From Bugula neritina (taxonomy: Eukaryota > Animalia > Bryozoa), in NCBI GenBank assembly GCA_964035545.1, contig OZ037766.1, positions 8,360,722-8,424,721 of the forward strand: 64,000 bases of DNA. The letters run 5' to 3'. A program made the translations under genes and the position numbers. The notes under the pieces were generated by a model that was not told the origin of the DNA, ran no database searches, and worked only from the letters and a program-made list of their open reading frames with translations. Below, one piece after another: positions 35,801-49,099 of this stretch (positions are counted from its first letter, which is position 1; each line of letters starts with the position of its first letter).

Positions 35801-38800
35801 AAATACTACACAGTTGAAAATATTTAAAAAATACAGGTGGCATAGTTTGTAAAACTTTTTATAATTGGTTGATTTGTCAGCCAAAAATGAAAGAAAAACT
35901 TTGAAGATTTAACACCATGTGACACTGTTATGTAGAATTAATTATATAGCTCATGGTAACATGGCTGCATATTATAAACTAAATCAGCCACCAGAAAGAA
36001 TAGGAACGGCAAACTTATATATCAGATCCATAACTTAAATATAATAGCCCAAAACAAAATTTTACTTTTTAAAAAAAACCCTATACTTATACCAGCTGAA
36101 CTGACAAAATCAACTATTTAATACTAATGCTGTTAATGTGTTTTGGCTAACTATTTGTGCAAACTACCCCTTTACCTCAATTCTTACAGTATCGAGTATA
36201 TTTATAGTAAAATCAACAGTTAGTTTGGAGATGAGTTGTTAGGGCTATGCTATTCCTCGTCAGTGATTGTGCCGTGAAGCCACTAGCCTAAACAGCTAAA
36301 CCAAACTAAAGATTTTAGACAACAAGACGAACATTAAAACAAAGAAGCCAACAAATTTGGTTGCATCTGGAAGCATCTCACTATTTACCCGGAACATCCT
36401 CAACTCAAGGGATGAAGTAGTTTTGCTCTCCTGATATAAAAACTAAAAGCTGACATGCTGCGTAGTAACAGTTATTATTTCATCATCACATATCATTGAC
36501 ATTCTTTATTTAAAGGAAGCCAATGATATAAATACATCATTAAAACATTCTATTACAATGTAAAACATGCCTACAAGATACAACGAGAAGGATCTGGGGA
36601 TACCCCTTGCTGTAATGAAGTATACAAATCAATGTTACTATTTCACCAAACAGATCAGAACAAGATATATACCAACTTATTAGAATAGTGTAGATGTGCA
36701 TTTTCTATAGAGAATGGTAATACAAACCTTAAAGGCTTTCACACAAACTGGCTCAGGCGCTACACCTTGAGCCCAAGGGCATAGGGCCAAGAACAGTGCC
36801 TTGAACTGTGTGAAATCAACCCGATAGAGATCATAGTAAGGTCTGTTAGGATTGTATTCCTGTGTTACATCAGCAGGCTTTTCACCAGTTCTCCAGTATA
36901 TTGAAGCTTGGTACTCCTCCTGTATGTAGTGATAGGGCAGGAATAACAGATATATTGATGAGAGCAGACAACTCATGTATTCAGCTGTACCCTTACAGCA
37001 ATCATTACCTGCTCCAGTTAGTGAAAGAGGAAGGAGCAGAATATGATACTTCAGAGGTCTAACAAACATTTAATGTTTAATTTAATGTTTAAATTATTTC
37101 CATAAGTTTTACAAAGATACTCCAGTACATAGCCTACTTGCACTATCAGAAATAATTTAGGACAAATGCAAACGTTGTTTGGTAGATGTTGGGGCCAGCT
37201 TGAATGTAGGTTTTAAATTAGGCTAGTTATCCAAGGGTCACTTTTGTGCAATCATGAGATGTGAATTTAGCCTTCAACACCACCCTGATCTGAATGTAAT
37301 GTCAATGCGATCAAACAACAAAGTAATGCCAATTATTTTAATCCCTTCAAGAAATATCAACTATTACCATGGGATTTGAAGTTACACATCATAATTGTGA
37401 GTAACAAAAACTAAAGTTTTCCCTATTCCAGATGTGTGTGTTTGGATGCTTTGATCTAGCAGTAGGTGATGCTTTAGACTGCATGCAATGGCCACGATGA
37501 TGTAATAATTTACCTTGTAGAGTGTGAAAAGAGCAGACAACTCATGAATATCAAAACAAGTTTCCCCATCAAGGCTCCGAATCACATTCTTCATTGTTGT
37601 TTCTTCAATACCCTGAACCTGTAACATGTAAAGCTGATTGAAAGTTTCCATAGTTGAGCTGCAAATGATTAGTTTATCTAATAGAGAAATGATAAAATCA
37701 TTGTTAACATGTGAATAATATTTTATAACCATTTTTAATATTTAGCTTGCAGACAAAATTTCATATTGTTAAAGTAGCTTGAAGGTATAAGCAAAGGCAA
37801 ATGTATCCATTAGATTACATGTTTAGAAGTACACCTTGCAATGTTAAACAAACTTGTGATAAACATGATGCTTGCCCCCCCCCCCCCCATTGCTAAGCCA
37901 GTTGGTGCTGCAAGGGGTTAAACTCAATGGAAAGCAATTCACTAGTAAAATATTACACAAATTTACACCATCCCTGCTCCTCTGCACCATTATTGTTGCT
38001 AGATGCTATTACTGGGCACCCCATCTGCTAAAACTATCAACTCATTTGAGAGATGTGTTTTTCACATCACAGTAGCACTACTGAGGGAAATAATAACCAA
38101 ATCTTAGAAAGTTATAAAGTATAACCAATACATTTACTTTTCTGACAAACAGTGACTACATGTCATATAACGCAGAGAACACAACCCTGTATCTGATGGT
38201 TTAGATTATATTAGTTTAGTTTGTGATAACCAAGTAGTGAGAAGATAACAAAGAAAAGCATACCACACTAAGTCTTTGTCGTAATCTCAATCTGTCAATT
38301 AGCTCATTAGTGATGACATCGCCAAACTTCAAATACGCATCATTTATTAACAGCGAGACATCAATGGACGTTTCCTGTAACACAGTACATGATGTCTATA
38401 GAGTACATGATGATGTCTACACAGTGGCAAGAAAAGAAGTTATCATATAAATAGTAGCCTTCAAGTGAGAATAAAGCATCAATTTATATAATAGCAGTTA
38501 CTGCAATAATAAAGTAAAGCAAATATCTGCAAAAAAGTAAGACTAAAGTAACCAGTCAATATTAAAAGTTTTTAACAATTTGTAAAGAAACAAAATATTT
38601 TCAATAGAACACTGAAAGCAAATGAAATACAATAAAACAGGATTTGAAAAAATTATATAATATTTCTTTTTGTATATTATCATGAAGGTGCAGCTTACAA
38701 CAGACTTAGTAGCCTTGAGTATTGGTTCAGCGACATCAGCATTGGTGACACCATCTACATACTGTGTTAACACAGATATGGCTTCACCGTCATCCTTACA

Positions 38801-41800
38801 CCTGGCCAGCTTGTCTGAACACGCGTCCAGTATTGCAAGCGCTATCTGGAAGATCACCTTAGCACCGTCACAGAAAAAACAGTCCAGAATGTTGACAGCA
38901 CTTTCAAATGGCATCACACTGCAATAATGATTATATTCCATGTGTAGGTACTGTTACATAATATCAGGACGATGGACAAATAAATTATCTAAAATAATAT
39001 TAATTGGCTACATTAAAATACGACATTTTAATTTTGTGTATATAAATTGATAATTAATATTTAAATACATTAAATCAATTGTATCACAATTATTATTAAA
39101 AGAATGCTTTAGTGACGTATGATGAAATGGTAAAATCTACACGGTGCATGGTAGATGATATATCCGAGGGCGTGTTAGTGGTCCACGTAGCCACTTGATG
39201 TCATACCTGAGAAACATGGTTAAAAACCAAGAAAGAGCTATCATGGAGAGAAGACCAGTGGTGCTGTAATGTCCATGCAGGTGAGGCAAGTGCTCACTGA
39301 TCAGTTCTTCCAGCACACCTGCGTGTTGAAAATATCACATGAAGAAATCGTCAGCTAAACCAACTTCAGTTTCAAACAAGTATTTTGATGACAAGCATAT
39401 TGAAATTATTACAAACTATAAAAAATGTACTAAAATTATTGTTAGACTAAGATAAAATTTCAACTACAAAAAATGCAATAATTGGGAAAGTCTGACAGGA
39501 TAAACTTAACACATGCTTAGTGAAGGAATATACAATTACTATGTCATCTCTATCTGTACCTTGATCAACTAGTGCTCCTACTACTTTAGTGTTATAATAA
39601 TCAGGCAGCATTCTCTCGCATAAGGCAACCAATAGCCAAAATGCTTCCTCTTCATTAGCGAATAAGAGCAGTACACTAGTCACTATGTTCATTGCCTAAC
39701 AAGAAGGAAGCAGAAACATAGTATTGAATTTATACATTACAGCAAACAATGTCCCAATAGTACATATTTATTATCTGTTGCTTGTACTACTCATTTTTTA
39801 CATTCTATTGCAAAATCATCACATGATATCAAGCTGATATTTTCCATATTTTTGTCAACATTTCCTGTATTAAACGTTGTAGATGTAGCGATGATTGCAC
39901 AAAATTCACAAACAGCCACTAAACATGTAGACAGTACCTGACAATAACCAATGTGTGGGTTTCTAAAAGCATAAGCTGTTAAAACTCTTCTCAGAGCATC
40001 TATGCCAAGGTTAGACTGGAAAGCTTTATGTTCAGGAAGTGACCTGGAAAATACAATCACACATACTGCTATACAACACCACACTAGCTGACAAGTGATA
40101 CTATTTAATGGTTTTTATTGGCACCCTGCCTGTCTATATTATTCTTGCCTGACAAGCTGTAGATTTAAAGCATACATATTCGAGAACATGTGGCTGCAAT
40201 ATTAATCCACCAGGATCTTATCTAAACTGTGTGCTGCTAATCACAGCCAAACAGTTGAGTTAACAATAGATGCAACATGCTGTATTCAAGATATTGGAAA
40301 CAAAACCTCTTTTCTATAGACTAATATAAGACTGCGTGGTTATTCTTCTATTTTGAGACTAAATAACTACACACTCACACCTGTCAGTATTCAATTTAGT
40401 CAGGATAGATGTTTGAAGTGATAAATGTTACAGTTTATATTTGGTTAAGAGAGATACTATTCAGACATATCCAGCCAATAGCAAATCAGCATACATCTTA
40501 CCTGTGTAAATCTCTTTCTATTTCATCTGTAGCTATAGTTGTCTTCCCTTGAGTTTGTTCAACTAACGACTTATAATAACCTGGATTAGTTGCCATCTAA
40601 AATAAATCGAAATTACAAAAACATAGCATTAAACTAGTGATAGTGGCTAAAACTACTAATGGAAAACAGGTGTTTCAAGTAGTAGGAAGTAGTTTAACCA
40701 CAACTACATCATTACAGAATTAGAACTATCAAGGATGTAGTGTTCTGCTGCTATGATAAAGCACATTTGGAGTAATGCTGAAGTCTCGTTGGTAGCTTAG
40801 AATAGTGGAACTAGATGGTACCTCAGTTACTACTGCATATTGTTACTTCACCTCATTGATAGCCCCAGAGTAGACCATCCACATTTCACCACGGAGGGAA
40901 TCAGGTAAACCCCGCATAATCTCATCATGTATCTTTTTGGTCCTGTACATGCAAACACCTCTACCATATTCGGCAAACGTTGTTCTCCACAGACTTTCTC
41001 TGGCAGCATCTTTTGGTGACATACTATCGGCAGATTTAGGGCAGAAGTGCTCATGAAGCGCGGGAGACAAATCCAAAGTAAACTCGCTACTTCCTGTATT
41101 TGTCTATAAATAGTAACATTTTGATAATTCCATATCTATGTAGATTTATTAGATTTATTTCTGTAACTTGAAATACATGCATGTTGAAATTGAATACTGC
41201 AAAAAGCCCAAAAACACATGTGGTATGATATAATATAAGTATTGAACTATAAAACCCTCTACTGCACAAGTAATATGATTTACATACATGTTTAGGAGAC
41301 GGGGGAGGCGAAGGGGGTGTAGAAGAGGCACCTTGTGAGTTATCAAATGAAATATCTGTACTATTTTCATCGACGGAGGTGGTTATCTGAGTGAGTGATT
41401 TACCTATAGATCTCCTACAGCATAGAGATTACTTGTATACGGTAACTATTTATGTGTAGGATATATGTGTATCATTAGTATATATCTGTATTATTAGTAT
41501 ATATGTGTACTAGTATATATGTGTATTATTAGTATATATGTGTACTAGTATATATTATGTGTATTATTAGTATATATGTGTATTATTAGTATATTATGTG
41601 TATTATTAGTATATATGTGTATTATTGGTATATATGTGTATTATTGGTATATATGTGTATTATTGGTATATGTGTATCATTAGTATATTATGTGTATTAT
41701 TAGTATATATTATATATACTATTAGTATATATGTGTATTATTAGTATATATGTACACTAGTATATATCATATGTATTATTAGTATATATGTACACTAGTA

Positions 41801-44800
41801 TATATTATAGTATTATTAGTATATATGTGTACTAGTAGCCTATATATGTGTATTATTAGTATATATGTGTACTAGTATATATTATGTGTATTATTAGTAT
41901 ATATGTGTATTATTAGTATATTATGTGTATTATTAGTATATATGTGTATTATTGGTATATATGTGTATTATTGGTATATATGTGTATTATTAGTATATAT
42001 GTGTATTATTAGTATATATGTGTATTATTGGTATATATGTGTATTATTAGTATATATGTGTACTAGTATATATTATGTGTATTATTAGTATATATGTGTA
42101 TTATTAGTATATTATGTGTATTATTAGTATATATGTGTATTATTGGTATATATGTGTATTATTGGTATATATGTGTATTATTAGTATATATGTGTATTAT
42201 TAGTATATATGTGTATTATTAGTATATATTATGTGTATTATTAGTATATATGTGTATTATTAGTATAAATGTGTATTATTAGTATAAATTAGTACAACTC
42301 ACAGCCTGTAATCCTGCTGCTGACCCAACATGTCCGCCAACTTCAACAACATACTATTCTGGTCATACAAGTCGGTAAACAGAAAGTTTGATCTCGCACT
42401 TGTAGATATCAACAGCGCGTTGTTTATCTCATTTTCCTTGTTTCCGGTCTTCTCAACGCAAGTCACCATACGGAGTGGAATGACCAGCTGAACATCATCC
42501 TGATCCTACAGCAAATTTCACCAAATATAAGCAATCCTCCAATCAGAATTGAGCAAATGAGAAGATTGCGCCAAACTTATGGCACCACAGCTTGAAGGGA
42601 ACAAATGATTTATTTTATACTTTAACAAGTTTTAAACAATGAATAACTACCTTGCTGTCAAAACACACGTAGTTCTTAGAGACGTACAGTCGCCCACTGG
42701 TATGAGTCTTCTTGAAAGGCAACCAGAGACAGCATATAGTATCTCCATCCAGTCTCTCAGCTATCGGCAGCCTGAACAGAGTTCTATAGGCTTCACTGCG
42801 GGCTCGTGCATCTAAATCCCTCTTGAGACTGGGTATCTTCTTTTTCCTTCTGTAAAATTATAACAAACAGATAAATCACTCGTGTTGAAGAAAGTCGAAG
42901 AAGAAGCTGTATTTCAAAAATGAAAAAGTAATGACCAGTTTCTCATACCCTGCGAGTTAAAAAAACATTATTTTTCAATAAAATTGAAGAGAACTGAAAT
43001 ATTAAAAATGGTAAAAATTAACAAAGACGATGAAATAGTGTGCCACCTTGTAAACTACTTTACTTATATTCGACATTACAAAACATTTCTTAATAATTCT
43101 ATCTAATAGAAGAGAAAGAGGTGAAATCACTTAAACTATCATACTTATTTCGAGCTGGAGGTAAGGTTTTATCTTCTTCAAACCCTTCTTCTACAATTAA
43201 CCTGAAAGAGTAGCGTAACAAATAGCATAAACATTTACTTTCTTTGATTTCAGTTACTCCACAAATATTTCAACACTATAGCTGATCATTTACAAAGCTA
43301 TTGCAACAGACAACTTCCATTAGAATCTATGACATAGCATTTCATCATAATCATAAAATTTGTTTGCAAATAAAAACTTTAAAATGGTGCCAAAAATAAA
43401 TCACCATAATGGAAAACTTATAAGAATACAAGATAAATTATTATACAATACAACTATAAAGTTGCAGAATGAACTTTACACATTAATTAGTGCACATTAC
43501 AGAAAGACTTACTGGTGCATAGCCATATTCGTAAGCTGCTGCATCAACTTGTATGCATCTTCTTTGCTAACAAACATTGTGAAGTAGTGCTACAAGTATG
43601 TGATAGCAATGAGTAGTTAGTGCATGCAGTTATTTAGTAGTTTGTGTAAGCATGCGCATATACATTAATATTCACACTGAATTATCATCTACTACCTAAC
43701 TTATCTACATTCACATAATGTATATAATGGTTACAATGCTAATACAAATCATTTTTACAAACATCTAATATAAATTTACTAAAATCAGCATATGCTTAAT
43801 TCTACTGGTACTCTATGTACAGAGATATATAATATATATGACTTACATCAGCCTCTCGGGTCCCAACGTGTATTCCGTTAGGAAATAGGATATTTGATTC
43901 AATATCAAGTTGCTAAAACAAGAGAAAAAACAATAAGCTGAACACGAATCTTTAGCCCGGATAACGAAAAATATCAGCCATAATAGCAAAATATCATTAT
44001 TCTTATGGCAGTTGTAAGAGAATAATGACTAATTTTATTTTTCTAACAATTTGACAAAAAACTGTTTACCATGAGCAGAAGCTGTAAAATTTGGTATCTC
44101 TTATACCCTTGTGAAAGTGATGAAAACGAGTTTAATAATTGTGAAGCTACAAGTCAATGCTAAGCAAGCTCACCGGATAAGAAGTACATGTAGGTAAGGT
44201 ACGTATAGTACTGATTCACTTACCATAACATCAACCCATCTTGTGATAATCTTTGACTCTTTTCCCAGAAGAAATGAGTAAAAACACATGTGGTTAATAG
44301 ATAGATAGAGCCAGCCTTGCCGGGGCACTCGACGCTTGACATAACTGCACGAGTAATCTTGAGAGAAAAATAGTTTGAGATTTACACATACAAGAAACAA
44401 CACAAGTTAAACTGTTAAAAGGCAGTGCCTAACATGGCTGAGTTAATAATATGCAATTCAGAAATCTACAAAAAATGTTTGATTCAAAAAAACTAAATAA
44501 CGAGATTAAAATTTTTTTAATTAATATTTTTGGCAAAACAAACTAGTACAGAGTTATGAAGACAATTAAAGAACATATATTTTATATCCACAATAATATC
44601 TACAGTCTTCAGTCTACGACAAACTTGCATCATTACGTTATTAGACTTACAGTTGACAAGTTTTTCTTCTGGGGGCAAGTTGAATAACTTGTGGAACTTA
44701 GCAATAGCGCCTTTAAACCTCTTTGCCTCTTCTTCTTCCTCCCCTATAAGACATCATAGTTGTACCACTGATCAGCATGTATGTAAATGGCAGATGCCCT

Positions 44801-47093
44801 TTAGACCCCCAGAAAGCACAAATTATAATCCCACAGATAATGCTGGCACAACCAGCTTCCAAGTGCATTCAGTTCAAAGTGCTAACGCAGCATCAATCTG
44901 TGAAGCTGTGCACATTCATCAGCAATGCTACACGATCTTGGCAAGCCAAACCCTGACACTTGCCAAGTTTCATTAAAACTTGTAGCATAAACCTGCATAT
45001 TATAGTTAATATAAACCTGTAATTATTTATAGATCTGTTGATTGCACAAGTTTTGAAGGCTGTCAAGTTTCTACATTTCCTCAGCCGCTATTACAAGTCA
45101 TTACTAGGAAATCAATGATAATACTCACCATTCACATCACCATCTTCGTGAACAGATTCAGTCCTAAGACTTTCAATTTTACACTTTACATAATCTGTAA
45201 CCTCGTCTTCACTTTCAAAATCACCTAAAACAACATGCAAAATTACACGTACACTAAAACCAGAATATAAAGTTTAATAGTGTCAAGCTAATGTGGCATT
45301 TTTATAACCCTGAATAAGTAGTGTAAATTAAAAGAATTATTTTATTTGATTCATTACTAAATGCAACGGTGTTTATATTAAACTTGCCCAACACTGAGAT
45401 CATGTTATTCTCTAGCCATTTCCAATGCTCTTCAATTTCGGCAGTGGAGTCTGACTCAGCACAAGCTGGTAAAGAGAACAGTGGTGTCAGTACATACTAT
45501 AATATGGAGGTGTCAGTACATACTATAATATGGAGGTGTCAGTACATATTTTATGAAAGACAACGACTGTGTAACAATAATTTAATTGTCAAACGCTGTA
45601 AATTAATATTGATCTATTTAATATCATGAACATGAAAACGAGTGAAATAACAAATAACTACTACATTTAATCTGCAACATAACAATAGAGCGGATACAAT
45701 TAAAGCAACTTACCCCAGCTTAGTTCACTGTTTTCAGTTTGATGAATAATTCTATATTTGCAACTCTGAAAACATATTAGTTAGTCACTCAACATCAGTT
45801 ATTTTCAAGTGCAGAGATTCAAAAACTGTGGCAAATTTGAAAAAAGTGTGCATAAAAATGATGATTCAAGTATATTTTAGATAGAGTGAGTGAATTTTAA
45901 ATTTCCTAATATTGTAATAATGAGTAAAGTGTGAGAAGATCTTTAAGGCTATAATAAAATACATCAAAAGACATCTGTTTTGCAGAGGAATCTCTACCAA
46001 TGCATGTGAAACAAAAAATAAATTAATGTGGAGCAATAATATATATTTTACTCGACTATCAAGGACGGCATCCATAGTTCCAACAAGCAGTCCAGCTAAG
46101 CCTCGGCCTTTTCCACGACCTTTTCTATGTTGAAGTAAGAAAAACATATTTGCCCTTTCAGTGGTCCTAAAACCAGGTTAATATGATTAAAACATTGGCT
46201 AACTTTACATACGTTCTTTAAAAGTTAATAACGTTCTTTCATTAAATTATAGTGAGGGCTTGAGGTTCAGATATTTGTGTTCCTGTCATTCTGCAAATCA
46301 TACAAAACTTTTTAGGTTTCTAAAGTGTGACATGAGCTATTAGTATATTAAGTGCACTTTTAAATTTATGCTTGCAGTGCAGACATACACAAGCAGATGC
46401 TTAAAAATTTAAACTTTGCCAAGACACAAATATTTTTACGTGCAGTAACTAGTTTCGTGAATACTAGAAATAAAAATGGTTACTTTGTTTGAATTATGAC
46501 TCACACATATGCATAGCTTCATAGAGAGATACTATAAAATCCCACACTACAGTATGCAGAATAGCATTAGTATCACTAAACACTACCAATAGTAACTTAC
46601 AACCTTTCCTGCCGACAAACCACATTTTACAGAGGAAAATAAAGACTGTGCTGACTGTGAACCAGTTATTCTTCTGAACAGACAGAAGAGGATATTCAAA
46701 ACACTAGCTATTTAAAGACTGCAGAAAGGTTTTCCTGTATTTAAGCTACTAACCTAAGCAAGGCTGGCAACTTTCAAGTTAGCAGCTTGCTAAAGATTTT
46801 TCGATAAAATCTCAAGAAGTAAAAAAATGATTATTAGATAAAAACACAAAGTGCATTTTCGTGTGCTTTAAAAATTGATAAAATCCTAAAAGTAAGTCAC
46901 ATTGAAAATGTTTTAACTCATACAATGGAATTTTAACAAAAAGCAACTGTCAGTATATTGAAGTGTGATTAAACTTAAAGCTGGTTAATTAATCAAAATT
47001 TAAATGAACAAATACTAATAAGAAATATAAGTTAATGCAAGTATCTTACCATAAGGCGTGAGCTAACAATATTTCTTCACACTTGACCCACAT
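32872..47093 (-). CDS. TBC1D9: TBC1 domain family member 9/8-like RabGAP (two GRAM domains, TBC domain, EF-hand), >20 exons
   Basis: [31 protein letters not shown]...[16 protein letters not shown]; YSCSY...[24 protein letters not shown] (GRAM); [21 protein letters not shown]; [11 protein letters not shown]; [13 protein letters not shown] (R-finger); [15 protein letters not shown] (Q-finger); [17 protein letters not shown]; [14 protein letters not shown] (EF-hand); [12 protein letters not shown]...[16 protein letters not shown]. Confidence 0.94.
41461..42293. repeat. ~19-bp AT-rich minisatellite (TATATGTGTATTATTRGTA)n, ~40 copies, filling a TBC1D9 intron
   Basis: Directly visible tandem units with variants. 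It explains ORF-track entry 41903-42088. Confidence 0.92.
45483..45548. repeat. 26-bp tandem repeat x2.5 at a TBC1D9 3' splice region
   Basis: ggtgtcagtacatactataatatgga repeated. Confidence 0.85.
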
Positions 47094-47567
47094 CACGAAT
47101 GTCTGGTCGCAGCACTTAAAACATCCTAGCAGTCTAAACGGACAAACTTATAATGAGATTCAAAAGAATTAATGCCTAATCCACAGAATGAAAATGGTAA
47201 TTATTATATATGCAGTGTTAGTTAAAACGCATGCAATTATTTCTGTAAATTATTCTTATGAGCAATTATATATACAATTTGATTAAATTTGACAATAACC
47301 ACATTTAAAGTTATAACATATTTAAACAATACTTGAAAAATGAATAAATTGTAATACGAAATACAAGTTAATGAAAGTTAGGATTAGCTTTTTGTCTTTT
47401 ACCCATACTAATACAAAAACTTATAGTTATACTTATATTTATTGCCAAAACTCAAAACCATTGATAAATACGATTAAAAAGTAAAGACATGAAGGGATAA
47501 TAACCTTAACAATACATGCAATCATGCTGACAGATGATACAATTTATCAATTGCCAATGACTGATAT

Positions 47568-47775
47568 GGGTTCCTGTCGTTTCGTACACAAGTCGTTTCG
47601 TACACAAGTCATTTCGTACACAAACTGGTGTACACAAAATGAATAATGAATTGACCCCCAAACCCAAACAATGAATAAATATCAAAAAGTATGTATTTTA
47701 GTTAATTTATATTGATGTGTACGAAACGGCATGAAAAAGTGTGTACAAAACGACTTGTGTATGAAATAACCTGTT
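47568..47775. mobile_element. Small non-autonomous inverted-repeat element
   Basis: Left arm has three tandem 16-mers GTCRTTTCGTACACAA. Right arm has three degenerate reverse-complement copies (TGTGTACGAAACGGC, TGTGTACAAAACGAC, TGTGTATGAAATAAC). Central CCCCCAAACCCAAAC. Confidence 0.65.
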
Positions 47776-47789
47776 CATGATTCGTATCT

Positions 47790-48480
47790 TCATCATGCTA
47801 ATAGTAATAGTAACTCATATATTTACTTTTAAACTCATGTTGATGTCGTAATCATATCACTATAGATATTCATATCAACCACAAGTATACATTCACCATA
47901 TCAATAATAATAATAAAATTTAGTATCAAACACTTTAATTTGATACTGTATGTTAAAGTGTAATAATCTTATATGTATAGCAATGCTGATAGAGTAGTAG
48001 TGCTAGTTATAGCTTACAAACAATAATAATGACACTTCTATTAGCACTAGTAACTACTAGTACTAGCATAGTGTTGCTGCTACTACTAGTACTACTAACA
48101 ATAGCAAGTACAGTAACAACAGTACAGTAGTTATATATATATACACTTATACTTAAAGTTATGCTAGCAGTTTGAACAAGTTTAAATTTAAATTGAAAAA
48201 ACCTGTCTTTAATTTAACTTTAAATAATGGTCTCACTTTCTACATTTATCAAAAAAGTTTTTGAAAAGGATATGTCCCTTCTCTGTATTTGCTGTTAAAG
48301 CAAAGTCTTACTCTTAAGTTTTCTGTATCAGTATCACATTCACTATTACTAGAACTATCAGTATTACTATTAGTATTAGTAATACTAATACTTATACTAA
48401 CTTAGGAAGTGTAATACTAAAACTAAAAGTAAATCTAATAGTAATAATACTAATCCTTATATTAATAGTTATAGACTTAA
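47790..48480. repeat. Degenerate 6-bp-periodic array in the TBC1D9 5' non-coding region
   Basis: agcact agtaact actagt actagc atagt...; atcagt attact attagt attagt aatact aatact tatact. Confidence 0.55.
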
Positions 48481-49099
48481 AATTGAAAACAGTAAATTTT
48501 TAGAGAGTTAGACTTACTTTTTGGAGTGTTTCTAAAAATAAGTAAGTTAAAATATAAAAGATTTAATTTAATTTAAATTTATTTTAATTTTTAAAAACGA
48601 TATGTTTAAATTTGTATGCCTATGGAAATAACAATAATTGCATTTGAATATGGCTCAGTTTTTCGTAATGTGATGTAATTATAATGATTATCAGATTCCA
48701 AAAACTGAAAAAGTAGCACAGTCGTGTAAAACTAAACTTATGTTATTATTTGTTACTCAAGTTCATGGTTTACTGTTCAGAACTCGGCGTGATGCGTTTC
48801 TAAAAGCTAGACAAGAAATATTGCCTTTGAGTTGTCTTACTTAAAATCGAAATCAGTCTCGTTCCATGTCTAGAAATGTAAGAAACAAAAAGAATAATGT
48901 TTAAATAATTAAAATCTTTCAAATAAATATTTAATATATTTATTAAAATTTTTATTTGTTTTCATTAAAAAATATGCTCAAAATAATTCTAAGTAGACTG
49001 ATAAAAATAAAGCTTTCTCGAGGCTACAGATACGTTACCCAATCACACGATTTGCTATGTGGACTTTTTTCAGGGAGCTGCCATTGCTCAACAAAACCG

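Noticed and set aside
37875-37888. C14 homopolymer in a TBC1D9 intron
   Set aside because: Simple run, probably a repeat remnant, with no further structure supportable.
41903-42088. 61-aa repetitive ORF
   Set aside because: By-product of the intronic 19-bp minisatellite.
48266-48274. ATATCCTTT on minus as a U12 (AT-AC) donor
   Set aside because: Not at a supported exon boundary, and no matching U12 branch site was identified.
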